Source of the DNA: Candidatus Enterousia sp.
GTDB lineage: Bacteria > Pseudomonadota > Alphaproteobacteria > Rs-D84
Direction: 5' to 3'
NCBI GenBank assembly: GCA_045648945.1
Contig: JAZROX010000045.1
Location: 26,362 to 90,361 of the forward strand
DNA length: 64,000 nt
The position numbers and the translations under genes are program-made. Of this stretch, positions 1 to 9,581 are shown in pieces (within the stretch, counting starts at the first letter, position 1; each line of letters opens with the position of its first letter). A model generated the notes under the pieces. It was not told the origin of the DNA and searched no databases. It worked only from the letters and a program-made list of their open reading frames with translations.

Positions 1-23
1 TTAAATTAAACATAGTTTATCCG

Positions 24-629
24 TTATTTTTTGTTTCCTTTGCGCGTTAGAACAAATCCCAAACCCAAAACCAACGCAACCAAGATTACATAAAATACCC
101 AACCGTTATCGCCCGGTTTAGAAACCTTTACTGGGCTATTTTTTTTTTGCGCGTCTTCATCGGCGCTTTCTGTTTTCGGAACTTCGCGTTCAACGATTGC
201 ACCCGGCCGGTCGGCGTGTGCGTTTTTGAATGCATCGGCATCCGCCGCCAATGCCTTTTTATTTTCCGCCGCAACGGATTTTGCATCATCCGTCATATCA
301 ACCTCTATCGCGGCGCGCAAATCGTCCGCCATAGAATCGGCAAAACCCTGGAAGCATTTTTCACCAATAACCAAAACCGGAACGCCACCCGATTCGTATT
401 CACATTTTTTCAATGTATTTGTGAAATCTTCACGGTTTGCCGCTTCACTTACATTGACCAAAGTGACGTGCAAATCTGGATATTCGTAAATCAAATTGTT
501 CGAAATAAAATCACGCGCGTGATGACAATGCGGGCATGTCGGCATATGATAAATCGTAATATCCGCCGCGTTCGCAGAACCAATAAATGCCGCACCTGCC
601 AGTGCCGATAACAATAAAGTTTTTTTCAT
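24..629 (-). CDS. Secreted thioredoxin/glutaredoxin-like protein with a CPHC redox motif, an N-terminal signal peptide and a C-terminal TM anchor
   Basis: ORF translation begins MKKTLLLSALAGAAFIGSANA (signal peptide), carries a CPHC motif and a GGVPVLVIG glutaredoxin-like motif, and ends in a hydrophobic C-terminus. Confidence 0.55.
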   Translation of the reverse strand: MKKTLLLSALAGAAFIGSANAADITIYHMPTCPHCHHARDFISNNLIYEYPDLHVTLVNVSEAANREDFTNTLKKCEYESGGVPVLVIGEKCFQGFADSMADDLRAAIEVDMTDDAKSVAAENKKALAADADAFKNAHADRPGAIVEREVPKTESADEDAQKKNSPVKVSKPGDNGWVFYVILVALVLGLGFVLTRKGNKK

Positions 630-773
630 TTTTTCTCCTTTTTGTGATTTTTGTTTGATTGATTATAGAAATAATATGCGCATCGGTGCAAGCCATTTTT
701 ATAAAAAAATAAACTATTTTTCCTGTGGCGATAAAAAAATTATTCGATACAATGTTTTCCAAAGGAGTTAAAG

Positions 774-1364
774 ATGTTCAACCTGAATGATTTTCCATTG
801 CCGTTTCGTGAAACAGATTTGGTTCCGTATATGTCGGTTGAAACCGTGCGATTGCATCACGATAAACATTTGGGCGCGTATATTGCGAATCTGAATAAAC
901 TTATTGCGGATACAAAATACTCAGATATGGATTTGCGCGAGATTATTGTAAATTCTGTGCGTGACGAATTCGCGCAAAAAATATTTAATAATGCGGCCCA
1001 GGTTTTTAATCACGAATTCTTTTTTAATTGTTTGGGGCGTGGTGGCGATACCACGGTTCCGGATTTAATATCCGACGCGTTTGGCGGCGTGGCCGCATTC
1101 AAAGAAAAATTTAAACGCGTTGCAAACGATGTCTTTGGTTCGGGTTGGGTTTGGGTGACACGCGACGGTGATAAATTTGAAATTATATCCACCAAGAATG
1201 CAGATACACCAATCGCACACGGGAAAAGACCGGTCTTGGCCCTGGATCTGTGGGAACACGCGTATTATATTGATTATCAAAACCGCCGCAGCGATTTTAT
1301 CGATACTTTTTTGGAATACCTAATTGATTGGAAATTTGTAATTGATAATTTGGATGTAGACTGA
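774..1364 (+). CDS. sod: Fe/Mn-family superoxide dismutase
   Basis: Hallmark DLWEHAYY motif and His ligands (HHDKH). Length 196 aa. RBS aaggag upstream of the ATG. Confidence 0.9.
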   Translation: MFNLNDFPLPFRETDLVPYMSVETVRLHHDKHLGAYIANLNKLIADTKYSDMDLREIIVNSVRDEFAQKIFNNAAQVFNHEFFFNCLGRGGDTTVPDLISDAFGGVAAFKEKFKRVANDVFGSGWVWVTRDGDKFEIISTKNADTPIAHGKRPVLALDLWEHAYYIDYQNRRSDFIDTFLEYLIDWKFVIDNLDVD

Positions 1365-1392
1365 GAACAAACGCGGGCACTTGTCCGCATTT

Positions 1393-1695
1393 TTATTTCA
1401 CCATTTGTATAAGTCGCACATCATCAAATTCCGGACAACGATTAAACACAGACTGCGCACGTGGGCACAGACATAAAATCTTGCGCCCGGTTTTACGTGC
1501 AAATTCTACGACACATCGCACCAGGTTTTTGCATATATCACCATCATCATATTCTGGGGCAATGTGCGTATGTTCAATAATCAATCGATTTGGCCCAACA
1601 ATGGCGATTTCTATTTCACCAATTTTCGCGTCGCCACGCCGCGCGCAGAACCCGTGACCATTTTGTAATTCTATGTATTCTATATCGACTGGCAT
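1393..1695 (-). CDS. Small GNAT-like N-acetyltransferase (YjdJ-type, ~100 aa)
   Basis: Internal ATG (MPVDIEYIELQ...) of the long ORF. Length and the GPNRLIIEHTHIAPEY...RKTGRKILCLCP pattern are typical of short GNAT proteins. The N-terminal part of the track ORF overlaps ldh in another frame and is likely not coding. Confidence 0.5.
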   Translation of the reverse strand: MPVDIEYIELQNGHGFCARRGDAKIGEIEIAIVGPNRLIIEHTHIAPEYDDGDICKNLVRCVVEFARKTGRKILCLCPRAQSVFNRCPEFDDVRLIQMVK

Positions 1696-1787
1696 TTCTG
1701 TTTTCCCCCGCATAAAAAAATAGCACGCGCAGGCGCGTGCATAAATATGAATGTTTGCCAACGGGCGGGTATGTTTTCCCCACGCGA

Positions 1788-2717
1788 TTAAATGCGTGAA
1801 AAATTCTTTTGAATAATTTTTCCACTGCGGCGCAGGGCGGCGGATTCGGTCGGCGACATTTTTGGGGCCAATGTCATAACCACACCATTCGCACCAACAA
1901 CGCGCGGCAAAGACATTGCAACCGTGTGCGCACCAGTACCGGCAACAATGGACACCGTTAAAATTCTGTGCTCGTCGTTTATAATGCACTTTAATAAATC
2001 GGAAACCGCGGCACCTATGCCGTCCCATGTTGCGCCACGTCCACGAATTATCTCGTACGCCGCGTTACGCACACGATATTCGATAGTTTCACGCGTTGAT
2101 GCGGTTAATGGAATTTTTGCCTGACGACAAAATTCTTCCAAACAAAGGCCGCCGACGGTGACGCCCGACCAATCGATAACACTGCTATCGCCATGTTCGC
2201 CCAGGACGTACGAATGAATCGATTGTGGCGACACGTCCAGTCCCCGTGACAATATCGTACGCAAACGCGCAGTATCCAACATTGTCCCCGTGCCAATAAC
2301 ACGCGACGGGGGTAATTTGGAAAGCGATTGCGCCAACATGACCATAACATCCAACGGATTCGTGACCAGGATTAAAATCACGCGTTTCGGATCAACATTT
2401 TCCATGACGCGCGGGACAATATCACGAATGACCGCGGCATTGTTTTGTAACAAATCAGTACGCGTTTCGCCCGGCCTCTGGTTTGCGCCGGCGGAAATAA
2501 TGACTATGTCTGAACCACGAATTCCGCGATAATTGTTCGCCGCAGAAATCTTGACATCAAAACCGAAACTGGCCGCGTGGCCCAAATCTTCTGCGGCGGC
2601 ACGCGCACGCACAGCGTCGCGGTCATACAGCACAATTTCGTGAACCAGACCCGTATTTTTCACCGCGGTCGCGACGGCCGAACCGACCGATCCCACACCA
2701 ATAATTGATATCTTCAT
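1788..2717 (-). CDS. ldh: L-lactate dehydrogenase (LDH/MDH family)
   Basis: Rossmann N-terminus MKISIIGVGSVGSAVA. GANQRPGETR loop with Gln at the LDH-discriminating position. 309 aa. Confidence 0.8.
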   Translation of the reverse strand: MKISIIGVGSVGSAVATAVKNTGLVHEIVLYDRDAVRARAAAEDLGHAASFGFDVKISAANNYRGIRGSDIVIISAGANQRPGETRTDLLQNNAAVIRDIVPRVMENVDPKRVILILVTNPLDVMVMLAQSLSKLPPSRVIGTGTMLDTARLRTILSRGLDVSPQSIHSYVLGEHGDSSVIDWSGVTVGGLCLEEFCRQAKIPLTASTRETIEYRVRNAAYEIIRGRGATWDGIGAAVSDLLKCIINDEHRILTVSIVAGTGAHTVAMSLPRVVGANGVVMTLAPKMSPTESAALRRSGKIIQKNFSRI

Positions 2718-2817
2718 GCTTTCATCCCTTTTGAATAATTATACCACAAAAAACATTTGATAAAAACATTTATATTTTGCTAGGATTCTCGTCGTGCGAA
2801 ATGAAAGGAACGGATAA

Positions 2818-3567
2818 ATGAAAAAAATTCTGTGTTTCGGAAATGTGACCGATAAATATAAAAATGCGATTGAACGCGCCATGCGCGAATGCGATAGCAT
2901 TGCGGGTTGGATGTGTGCGCCCGATGGTGACAAATTGCCGGACACAGATGAAGATTTTATTTTGATGAAGTGCGATATTCATTCGGATGATTTCTTGCGC
3001 CACATTATCGCGATAAACAAAAAATTAAATAATGGCAATAAATTTTACCTGACGCATTGTGCGGTGATGTTTAATCGCGCGGGCCGGCGCCCGCCATTTA
3101 TCTTGACCGACGCGGCGTGCGTGCCGATGCCGGACATGGAACAATTAACTCACATTGTGCAAAATGCAGCAAGATTATTCGGTCATGTTTTCGGCACATC
3201 GCGTGCACCGTTTATATCGCTGATTTCGGCGGGCGGTGATACAAACACCAAAATTGCACCGATGCTGCATGAATGGCACGCGGCGCACGCGGGCGATTTT
3301 CCGGCGGATACACTGCGTGTTGAACAATTGGATGTTGCCTTGGATGCGGATATTCGCACCGAAAAACATTTAACCGGTGAAATTGCGGACATAATCGTTG
3401 TTGATAACATAAACACCGGCAATGCGATATTCAAATCTTTATCGGTGTTGGGTAATTGGGAACCATCGTGCTTTTTGATGGGCGGGAAAAATACAATAAT
3501 ATTAAATTCCCGCGGGGCAACGGAACAAACCCTGACACACAATATCGCATTGGCATGCCGACATTAA
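2818..3567 (+). CDS. Phosphate acetyl/butyryl-transferase family protein (Pta/Ptb catalytic-domain type)
   Basis: Motifs IVVDNINTGNAIFKS and ISLISAGGDTNTK match the Pta C-terminal-domain conserved blocks (FPDLNTGN, LSYSTG). Confidence 0.55.
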   Translation: MKKILCFGNVTDKYKNAIERAMRECDSIAGWMCAPDGDKLPDTDEDFILMKCDIHSDDFLRHIIAINKKLNNGNKFYLTHCAVMFNRAGRRPPFILTDAACVPMPDMEQLTHIVQNAARLFGHVFGTSRAPFISLISAGGDTNTKIAPMLHEWHAAHAGDFPADTLRVEQLDVALDADIRTEKHLTGEIADIIVVDNINTGNAIFKSLSVLGNWEPSCFLMGGKNTIILNSRGATEQTLTHNIALACRH

Positions 3568-3570
3568 AAA

Positions 3571-3594
3571 AAACGGACGCCACGGCGTCCGTTT
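3571..3594. terminator. Bidirectional rho-independent terminator between the pta-like gene and proS
   Basis: Hairpin aaacggacgcc acggcgtccgttt flanked by A and T runs. Confidence 0.6.
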
Positions 3595-3609
3595 AGTTTC
3601 ATGTATATT

Positions 3610-4890
3610 TTACTTATGCAGAAGTTTCGTGATTGCGTTTTTCACATCCGCGATACATGTATCGATTGCAAATTCGTTTGGTAATGTGGACGTGTCAAAA
3701 TCGTTCACACGATATTTAACCTCTATCGCATTTTTATCCATATTCTTTTGTGATACAATCAAACGAATAGGTGCGGCAATTAAATCTGCATCGGCAAATT
3801 TTTCACCGGCACGCGCATCGCGGTTATCCAATAAAACCTCCATTCCATCGAGTTTCAAATCGTTATAGATTTGTTCCGCCATCGCAAATGTTTTATTTTC
3901 TTTATCTGGCAAACCGATTACTTCGACCGCAAAAGGCGCGGTTTCCATATTCCAAATCGGGCCGTTATCATCGGCGCTTTCTTCAATAATTGCCGCCATT
4001 GTACGACCAACGCCAATTCCATAGCACCCCATAATCGGGGTCTTTTCTGCACCGTCCGCCGCCGTGTATGTCATGTGCATGGAATCTGTATATTTTTTAC
4101 CCAATTGGAAAATATTGCCAATTTCAATACCACGAACCTTTTGCAATTCTTTACCACATTTTGGACATTTGGTTGAATCTGTATCTTCCAATTCTTTATT
4201 CGCGCGGAAGCCACAATCACAAATATACAAAGTGTCTTCACCCATTTCGTTAATCAGTTGAAATTCATGTGCGACCTTGCCACCCATATCGCCCGTTGAC
4301 GACAAAACATCGGTAAAGTTTTTCAAACCGCAACGGCGAAAGATTCTGTAATACGCATCGAAACAACGTTGATAATATTGTTCCAAATCTTCCTGGGTTT
4401 CATGGAAAGAATATGCATCTTTCATAATAAATTCACGTGTCCGTATCAAACCCGCGCGCACACGCAATTCATCACGGAATTTTGTTTGAATTTGATACAG
4501 CATAAACGGCAATTGACGATAAGACGTCAAAACAGAACGCGCATAATCGGTCACAACCTCTTCATGCGTTGGGCAAATCAAATAATCGGTCCCCGATGCA
4601 CCTTTGAATTTTGCAATAACACTCATCGCGTCATAACGGCCTGTTTCACGCCATAAATCGGCGGTGCAAACAACGGGCATCAAGATTTCTTGGCCATCAA
4701 TAGCATTCATTTCATCACGAATAATATTTTCAATTTTGTGAACAACGGACCAGCCAAGCGGTGTCAAAGTATAACCGCCCTGGAAAGTTTGGTATATATA
4801 ACCGCCTTTGATGGCAATTTTGTGTCCACGGGTTGTTGCGCCGGCGACATCGCCAATTAAACGCCGTACACATAAGTTTTCAATTTTCAT
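3610..4890 (-). CDS. proS: Prolyl-tRNA synthetase (short bacterial form without editing domain)
   Basis: Class II aaRS motifs (FRDE, GCYGIGVGR), a zinc-ribbon insertion CDCG...CPKCG and an anticodon-binding C-terminus. 426 aa. Confidence 0.85.
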   Translation of the reverse strand: MKIENLCVRRLIGDVAGATTRGHKIAIKGGYIYQTFQGGYTLTPLGWSVVHKIENIIRDEMNAIDGQEILMPVVCTADLWRETGRYDAMSVIAKFKGASGTDYLICPTHEEVVTDYARSVLTSYRQLPFMLYQIQTKFRDELRVRAGLIRTREFIMKDAYSFHETQEDLEQYYQRCFDAYYRIFRRCGLKNFTDVLSSTGDMGGKVAHEFQLINEMGEDTLYICDCGFRANKELEDTDSTKCPKCGKELQKVRGIEIGNIFQLGKKYTDSMHMTYTAADGAEKTPIMGCYGIGVGRTMAAIIEESADDNGPIWNMETAPFAVEVIGLPDKENKTFAMAEQIYNDLKLDGMEVLLDNRDARAGEKFADADLIAAPIRLIVSQKNMDKNAIEVKYRVNDFDTSTLPNEFAIDTCIADVKNAITKLLHK

Positions 4891-5714
4891 TTTTTTAAAT
4901 CCTTGGTTTCCATATATTTATCTGAAATTATTTTGTGCATTGTTTCTGCCATTTGTTTTCTGTCCATACCCGCCAAAGGCGGCGGCGGCAACATATACAC
5001 ATTTACGGTAAATCCACCCAAAACCATCACATGAAATATTTGACCAAACGCGCTGCGTTCGCGGGAACACCGCGGGCCTTGTGTCTGTTTTGCATTATCA
5101 AAGTATGCGTAATGTTCGGCCAGGTCTTCTTCACTTATCGGGGTTCCGTCGTGATAGCAATAACGCGTCACGACCGGTTGCACCGTAACGTCGGTTCCTT
5201 CGGCAACGTTGAAAAGGCTGCTTTTGAATTCTTTGACATATGCGCCGTTTGTTGTTGTGCCTTCGGGAAAGATATAAAGCGGGTATTTGATTTTTGATAT
5301 TTCGTCTTGGACCAACTTTAACGCATCCATCGCGTGCGAAGGACGGCGATCAATAAACACCACACCAAACTTATTCGCAATATATCCAACCAAAGGCCAA
5401 TGGCGCACATCGTTTTTGGAAATAAAACTGCCCCCGAACATTACCGGGAAAGTCGCAATTTCGAAAACCGATATATGGTTGCCCGCAACCAATAATGGGC
5501 GTTTTTGTGAAATCTGGCCATGCTTTACAATTTTGATACTTGCCAGAACCAGCAAGATTTTCATAAACACCGCCATATATTTAACAGACCACCGTGACCG
5601 CGACGGCAACAAAATAATTATCGGCAATTGCACCACAACCATTATCCAAAATGCCGTAAAACGCAGAGCCCCGGTGATTGTATTAAAAATATTTTGCTTA
5701 CGAACGTGCGACAT
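4887..5714 (-). CDS. olsA: Lyso-ornithine lipid / lysophospholipid O-acyltransferase (PlsC family, OlsA-like)
   Basis: HX4D motif GNHISVFE plus FPEGTTT. The ATG at 5714 overlaps the upstream olsB-like stop (ATGA-type coupling). Confidence 0.6.
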   Translation of the reverse strand: MSHVRKQNIFNTITGALRFTAFWIMVVVQLPIIILLPSRSRWSVKYMAVFMKILLVLASIKIVKHGQISQKRPLLVAGNHISVFEIATFPVMFGGSFISKNDVRHWPLVGYIANKFGVVFIDRRPSHAMDALKLVQDEISKIKYPLYIFPEGTTTNGAYVKEFKSSLFNVAEGTDVTVQPVVTRYCYHDGTPISEEDLAEHYAYFDNAKQTQGPRCSRERSAFGQIFHVMVLGGFTVNVYMLPPPPLAGMDRKQMAETMHKIISDKYMETKDLKK

Positions 5715-5715
5715 T

Positions 5716-6672
5716 TTAATTATCCTCGGTTTCCGGTGTGTCATCATCAATAAATTCCGCGTCCGCCGCATCTTCACGCAACAAAAATTCAAAGAACGCG
5801 CCCAACATATTCAACGGCCCCGTAATCGGCATTAACATAATTTTACCCAGTGTCTGCATCGGGTGCGGTTTCACATCCAAATGGTCCAGTGCGTTTTCAC
5901 GACCATAGAAATGTTTCTGATACGCGGCGTCCATATTCTTGCTCTGCATCATGACAAAGACATCGTATGTGTTAAACGGTTTATCAATAAACACGCCCGA
6001 CCCAAACGTTGCCCCCATACGCAGGTAACCTTTGATAAGAGGCGTCATTTGTTTTTTTGCAATTTCTTCGTCAACAAATGCGCGCGGCAAAATATTCATC
6101 TTGGACATGCGTGGATCCGCGCCGTCGGCAAAGTTTTCCGGTATCACGCGTGCGCGCAACCGCAACGGTGAAAGATGATTATAGTATAAATACGATATCG
6201 CCTGGGCCGATTCAACGGGTTTCTGGCCAACCCAAGACGCCACACCAAATAGAACCGCAATACGACGACGCAACACATATTCACTTAACCCCGCCCACAG
6301 CATACGCATAACCAACGCATTTTCGCGATATTCGGCGGCCACGCACGCACGCGACATTTCGGCAATATTGTCCGATGCCTTTTTAATCTTGGAAATATTG
6401 AACTCGGTTTCGGTATAGAACCCGCCCATTTTATCGGCGGCCTTTTTATCTATGATTCTGTACGTGCCAACAACCCGTCCATTATGAAACACGGCCATAT
6501 AGTCGGCATACCGGTCAAAATCATCAAATTCTTCGTGCAATTCATGTTGTTCGGCCGTTGCGGATGCGCCTTCTTCTACAACAAAAACGTCATAGCGCAA
6601 ATTGCGCACCATGCGGCGTTCTTCTTTATTCCGTGTAAGGCGAACTTCGAAATCACGAACCTTGATAGCCAT
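5716..6672 (-). CDS. olsB: Ornithine-acyl-ACP N-acyltransferase (OlsB-like, hemolysin-like acyltransferase)
   Basis: 318 aa GNAT-related fold. Conserved adjacency and translational coupling with a PlsC-family gene, as in the olsB-olsA operons of alphaproteobacteria. Confidence 0.55.
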   Translation of the reverse strand: MAIKVRDFEVRLTRNKEERRMVRNLRYDVFVVEEGASATAEQHELHEEFDDFDRYADYMAVFHNGRVVGTYRIIDKKAADKMGGFYTETEFNISKIKKASDNIAEMSRACVAAEYRENALVMRMLWAGLSEYVLRRRIAVLFGVASWVGQKPVESAQAISYLYYNHLSPLRLRARVIPENFADGADPRMSKMNILPRAFVDEEIAKKQMTPLIKGYLRMGATFGSGVFIDKPFNTYDVFVMMQSKNMDAAYQKHFYGRENALDHLDVKPHPMQTLGKIMLMPITGPLNMLGAFFEFLLREDAADAEFIDDDTPETEDN

Positions 6673-6765
6673 AAAACAATCCCTTGGTTATTTGGTAACT
6701 ATTGTATAAAGAATACCAAACATTGCAAGTCCGTGCAATCTTTTTATTTTTTTATTTACAAAAGC

Positions 6766-7182
6766 TTAATGTTGGTGTATTTGTGCCGCGTATTTCGCAA
6801 TTTCGTTCTTTAAACTGGGGTCCGCAGACATGTTTGCAAATTCTGACGGGTCTATCCATTTATAATCGGTGTGTTCATTTGATAATTTCACCTTGCCACT
6901 CAAATATTTTGCCAACAAAGTAATCCCAACGGTTTGTCTTTCTTTGGCCGGTGTCATAAAAGACCATAAAGACCAAGGCCTGAACTCGATTTCAACCTTT
7001 AGACCGGTTTCTTCAAAAACTTCGCGCTTTATTCCGTCAACGATTTTTTCGCCATATTCGATTTTTCCCCCAGGAATATCCCACAGTTCTGCGAAAACAT
7101 CTTCTTCGTTGCTGCGTTTTAAAACCAGAATTTTTCCGTCTTTTTGTATAATTGCTTTCAGTGCAACCTTAAATTCCGCCAT
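6766..7182 (-). CDS. NUDIX hydrolase
   Basis: Nudix box GGKIEYGEKIVDGIKREVFEETGL. The ATG at 7182 (MAEFKV...) gives a typical 138-aa protein. The track ORF uses an upstream TTG. Confidence 0.8.
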   Translation of the reverse strand: MAEFKVALKAIIQKDGKILVLKRSNEEDVFAELWDIPGGKIEYGEKIVDGIKREVFEETGLKVEIEFRPWSLWSFMTPAKERQTVGITLLAKYLSGKVKLSNEHTDYKWIDPSEFANMSADPSLKNEIAKYAAQIHQH

Positions 7183-7260
7183 TTTGCTCTCCTGTGTGTT
7201 GTCCACATTGATATTACCGCATAAATTCACAAAATCAAGATTTTTATAGACAGTCCACCC

Positions 7261-7286
7261 CGAACCAGTGACATACGGATTAACAG
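7261..7286. repeat. 26-bp direct repeat (left copy) bounding the defense island: cgaaccagtgacatacggattaacag
   Basis: Identical 26-mer recurs at 15962-15987. Putative attL. Confidence 0.7.
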
Positions 7287-7299
7287 TTATAACCAATTG

Positions 7300-7830
7300 T
7301 TTTTACTGTATTTTTTAAGTCCAGAGTGAGTGCGGGCTACAGCCGTTTTTTCGTGTAATTTTTGTATAAGTAAAAATAGCGGTATAACAAATGTATAATT
7401 TTGCGATTGTATTTTGTTGGAACATAATGCAAATATATCCAATGTTTTCCGTGGGTTTTGGCGAATTTTCCGTAATTTTGTTTTAAATTTTTCCGTTTGA
7501 TTTTTATGCGATTTTTTGCCTTGTATGAATTTTGGATAAAACCCGAAAAATTGGGATGCTGTGCGATACATTTTTATACACTTGTATAACAACATAAAAA
7601 TTTCATGGTTGTATAAAATTTCGCCAAATTCGTATAACAGCACGTATAGCAACTGTATAATCCAAAAATATATATGCCATGTATAAATTCATGCAAAATT
7701 ACAAATATAACGAATGTATAATTTTGATTTTCTTATTTGCAAACTTTTTGCAAATTCAGTCCGTGACTTACGTTTTGAAAATAGTTGATTATCTGATTGA
7801 TTTTTGTTCAATGATTATATACTATCCTCA
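7300..7830. repeat. AT-rich non-coding region with ~10 iteron-like TGTATAA(C/T) motifs
   Basis: gtataa copies at about 7357, 7383, 7392, 7585, 7611, 7632, 7655, 7681 and 7723. The track ORF 7287-7652 is probably spurious. Confidence 0.5.
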
Positions 7831-7832
7831 TT

Positions 7833-8225
7833 ATGAAACATGTGTTATTTGGTTTTAAGATGTTTATGAAAAATGTGCTATTATTCGTATGGCGCATGGT
7901 TTTTAATTTGGCTTATTATATAGCCTTGTTATTTGTACCGTGTTTTAGTAGCAGATTAAATTTTTGGCATATGGTTTGGTTTGTGATAACGACTGTGTAT
8001 TTGTATAACCATTTGGGGCAGGCAATGGTTTTTGTTCCGTTTAATGGCTATGCGTTAATTTTTATTGTATGGGTTTTTATGATAATGAAACCATTTATAA
8101 AAACAGTGGGCTGCCAATTGGGAACTCTGGAATTAAATAAAGCGGATAGTTCTAAACAGGAATTTGAAGAAAAACTTAAACAAGCCAAAAAGAATTTGGC
8201 TCTCAAGAAGGGTGAGGGTAAATAA
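7833..8225 (+). CDS. Hypothetical small membrane protein (island cargo)
   Basis: 130 aa with 3-4 predicted hydrophobic helices and a Lys-rich C-terminal tail. AT-rich codon usage matches the rest of the island. Confidence 0.45.
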   Translation: MKHVLFGFKMFMKNVLLFVWRMVFNLAYYIALLFVPCFSSRLNFWHMVWFVITTVYLYNHLGQAMVFVPFNGYALIFIVWVFMIMKPFIKTVGCQLGTLELNKADSSKQEFEEKLKQAKKNLALKKGEGK

Positions 8226-8617
8226 TGTTAAAACATGTTTTTGATTTTGGCGACAATAAAAATTTGGCAAGGAACAAACTGTTTGAAGTGGTTTCTAAAG
8301 GTGTTGATTTGTTAGCTAGTGATTATATTAACGAAGAATTGCTGAATTCTTGGAAAAAATATGCAAAAACCGTTCTTGAATTAGTGGATGAAGCGTACGG
8401 AACGCATTATTCGTCAGATTTTTATATATCTGATACGATGCTTGGAAGTAGTTATTTTAGTGCATATTCTTTGCATTTACATGATGTATATAACCACATC
8501 ACTCCGGGATTAAACCCGATACACATCCCATATGGACAATCTCCACAAGATTTTAAAGGAAAATTACAAAGATCTCTGAATGAATTATTAAATATTTTGT
8601 CAAAATTACAGAAATGA
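8225..8617 (+). CDS. Hypothetical protein (island cargo)
   Basis: 130-aa ORF whose start overlaps the stop of the previous ORF (coupling). No recognisable motif. Confidence 0.4.
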   Translation: MLKHVFDFGDNKNLARNKLFEVVSKGVDLLASDYINEELLNSWKKYAKTVLELVDEAYGTHYSSDFYISDTMLGSSYFSAYSLHLHDVYNHITPGLNPIHIPYGQSPQDFKGKLQRSLNELLNILSKLQK

Positions 8618-8632
8618 TATGAAAGTGACATT

Positions 8633-9535
8633 GTGCACTTTTCTTTTATAATTAAAAACGAGCATATATTGTTAAACAAAGAATTTCCTTTACAACACCC
8701 ATTAAAAAACGATGATATAGATACCTTGATGAAAAAGTTAAGGATGATGGTTCGTACCATGGAACAATTTCATCCCCAAGCGACAACAGATAAAGGATTG
8801 ATGGGAATCCATAGTTTAACCGCTGCAATCATATCACTAGCCGCAGAAGCGTATGATGCTTTGCAAAAAAATAGAGTATTTGTAGCATCTTCAATTGCTT
8901 GTCAGATAATAGAACTTTACATACAGTTGTTGTGGTTAGATAAACATTTTTCAACACACGGTGCAGACTATATTGATTTTGGATATGTTGAGCAAATAGA
9001 TATGCTGCGAGTGCATCCAGACCGAAAAGATGAAGTTTTGGCAAAAATAAAGCAAAATAACTGTAAACGTTTTTTGTTAAATAAACCTAAGAATGACAAT
9101 TTGTTGGATAAGCGAAATTACAGACCACATTGGTATCCTGGGACATTAAAGACAATTTCTAATGAGTGTTTTAAAGATATGTGGGACCAAATCAAAAATG
9201 TGCCACAGTTAACTGATTATTATGGTGACATGGATGTAAATTATGAGAACTATCAAATATTTTGTGGATTTAAACATTTTTCGCCGTACATAGTTCGTAA
9301 ATGCTTTGCGACGATGAGCTCCTTTGCAGAGGATGCACCTGAAGATACTAAGTGGATCGCTAGTGTCATTGTCGTTCAGAGTTTGTGTGTTATTTGTGAA
9401 ATAATGGAACAGCATGGAGATCATATTTTCAATTCAAAACCAGTTGCGACAGATGGACTGATGCTATCGTCTATACAAAACTTGATAAACGGTGACAATG
9501 TATTGTATTCTGTGAATTATCAAATAATTATCTGA
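8633..9535 (+). CDS. Hypothetical protein (island cargo)
   Basis: 300-aa ORF with no recognisable motif. The true start may be an internal Met (~8738). Confidence 0.4.
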   Translation: MHFSFIIKNEHILLNKEFPLQHPLKNDDIDTLMKKLRMMVRTMEQFHPQATTDKGLMGIHSLTAAIISLAAEAYDALQKNRVFVASSIACQIIELYIQLLWLDKHFSTHGADYIDFGYVEQIDMLRVHPDRKDEVLAKIKQNNCKRFLLNKPKNDNLLDKRNYRPHWYPGTLKTISNECFKDMWDQIKNVPQLTDYYGDMDVNYENYQIFCGFKHFSPYIVRKCFATMSSFAEDAPEDTKWIASVIVVQSLCVICEIMEQHGDHIFNSKPVATDGLMLSSIQNLINGDNVLYSVNYQIII

Positions 9536-9581
9536 GAATTTTTGTATGAAAAGTATTTAATGAATACTGAATTGTATATTT

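Noticed and set aside
147-611. Plus-strand ORFs 147-611 and 226-489
   Set aside because: Antisense to the thioredoxin-like gene (24-629) and Arg/Cys-rich. Shadow ORFs.
1788-2028. N-terminal 110 aa of track ORF 1393-2028
   Set aside because: Overlaps the 3' end of ldh in another frame and is Cys/Arg-rich. Only the C-terminal 101 aa (from ATG 1695) resemble a GNAT protein.
7287-7652. 121-aa minus-strand ORF in the TGTATAA-repeat region
   Set aside because: Spans the iteron-like repeat array. Composition is driven by the repeats and there is no RBS. Judged non-coding.
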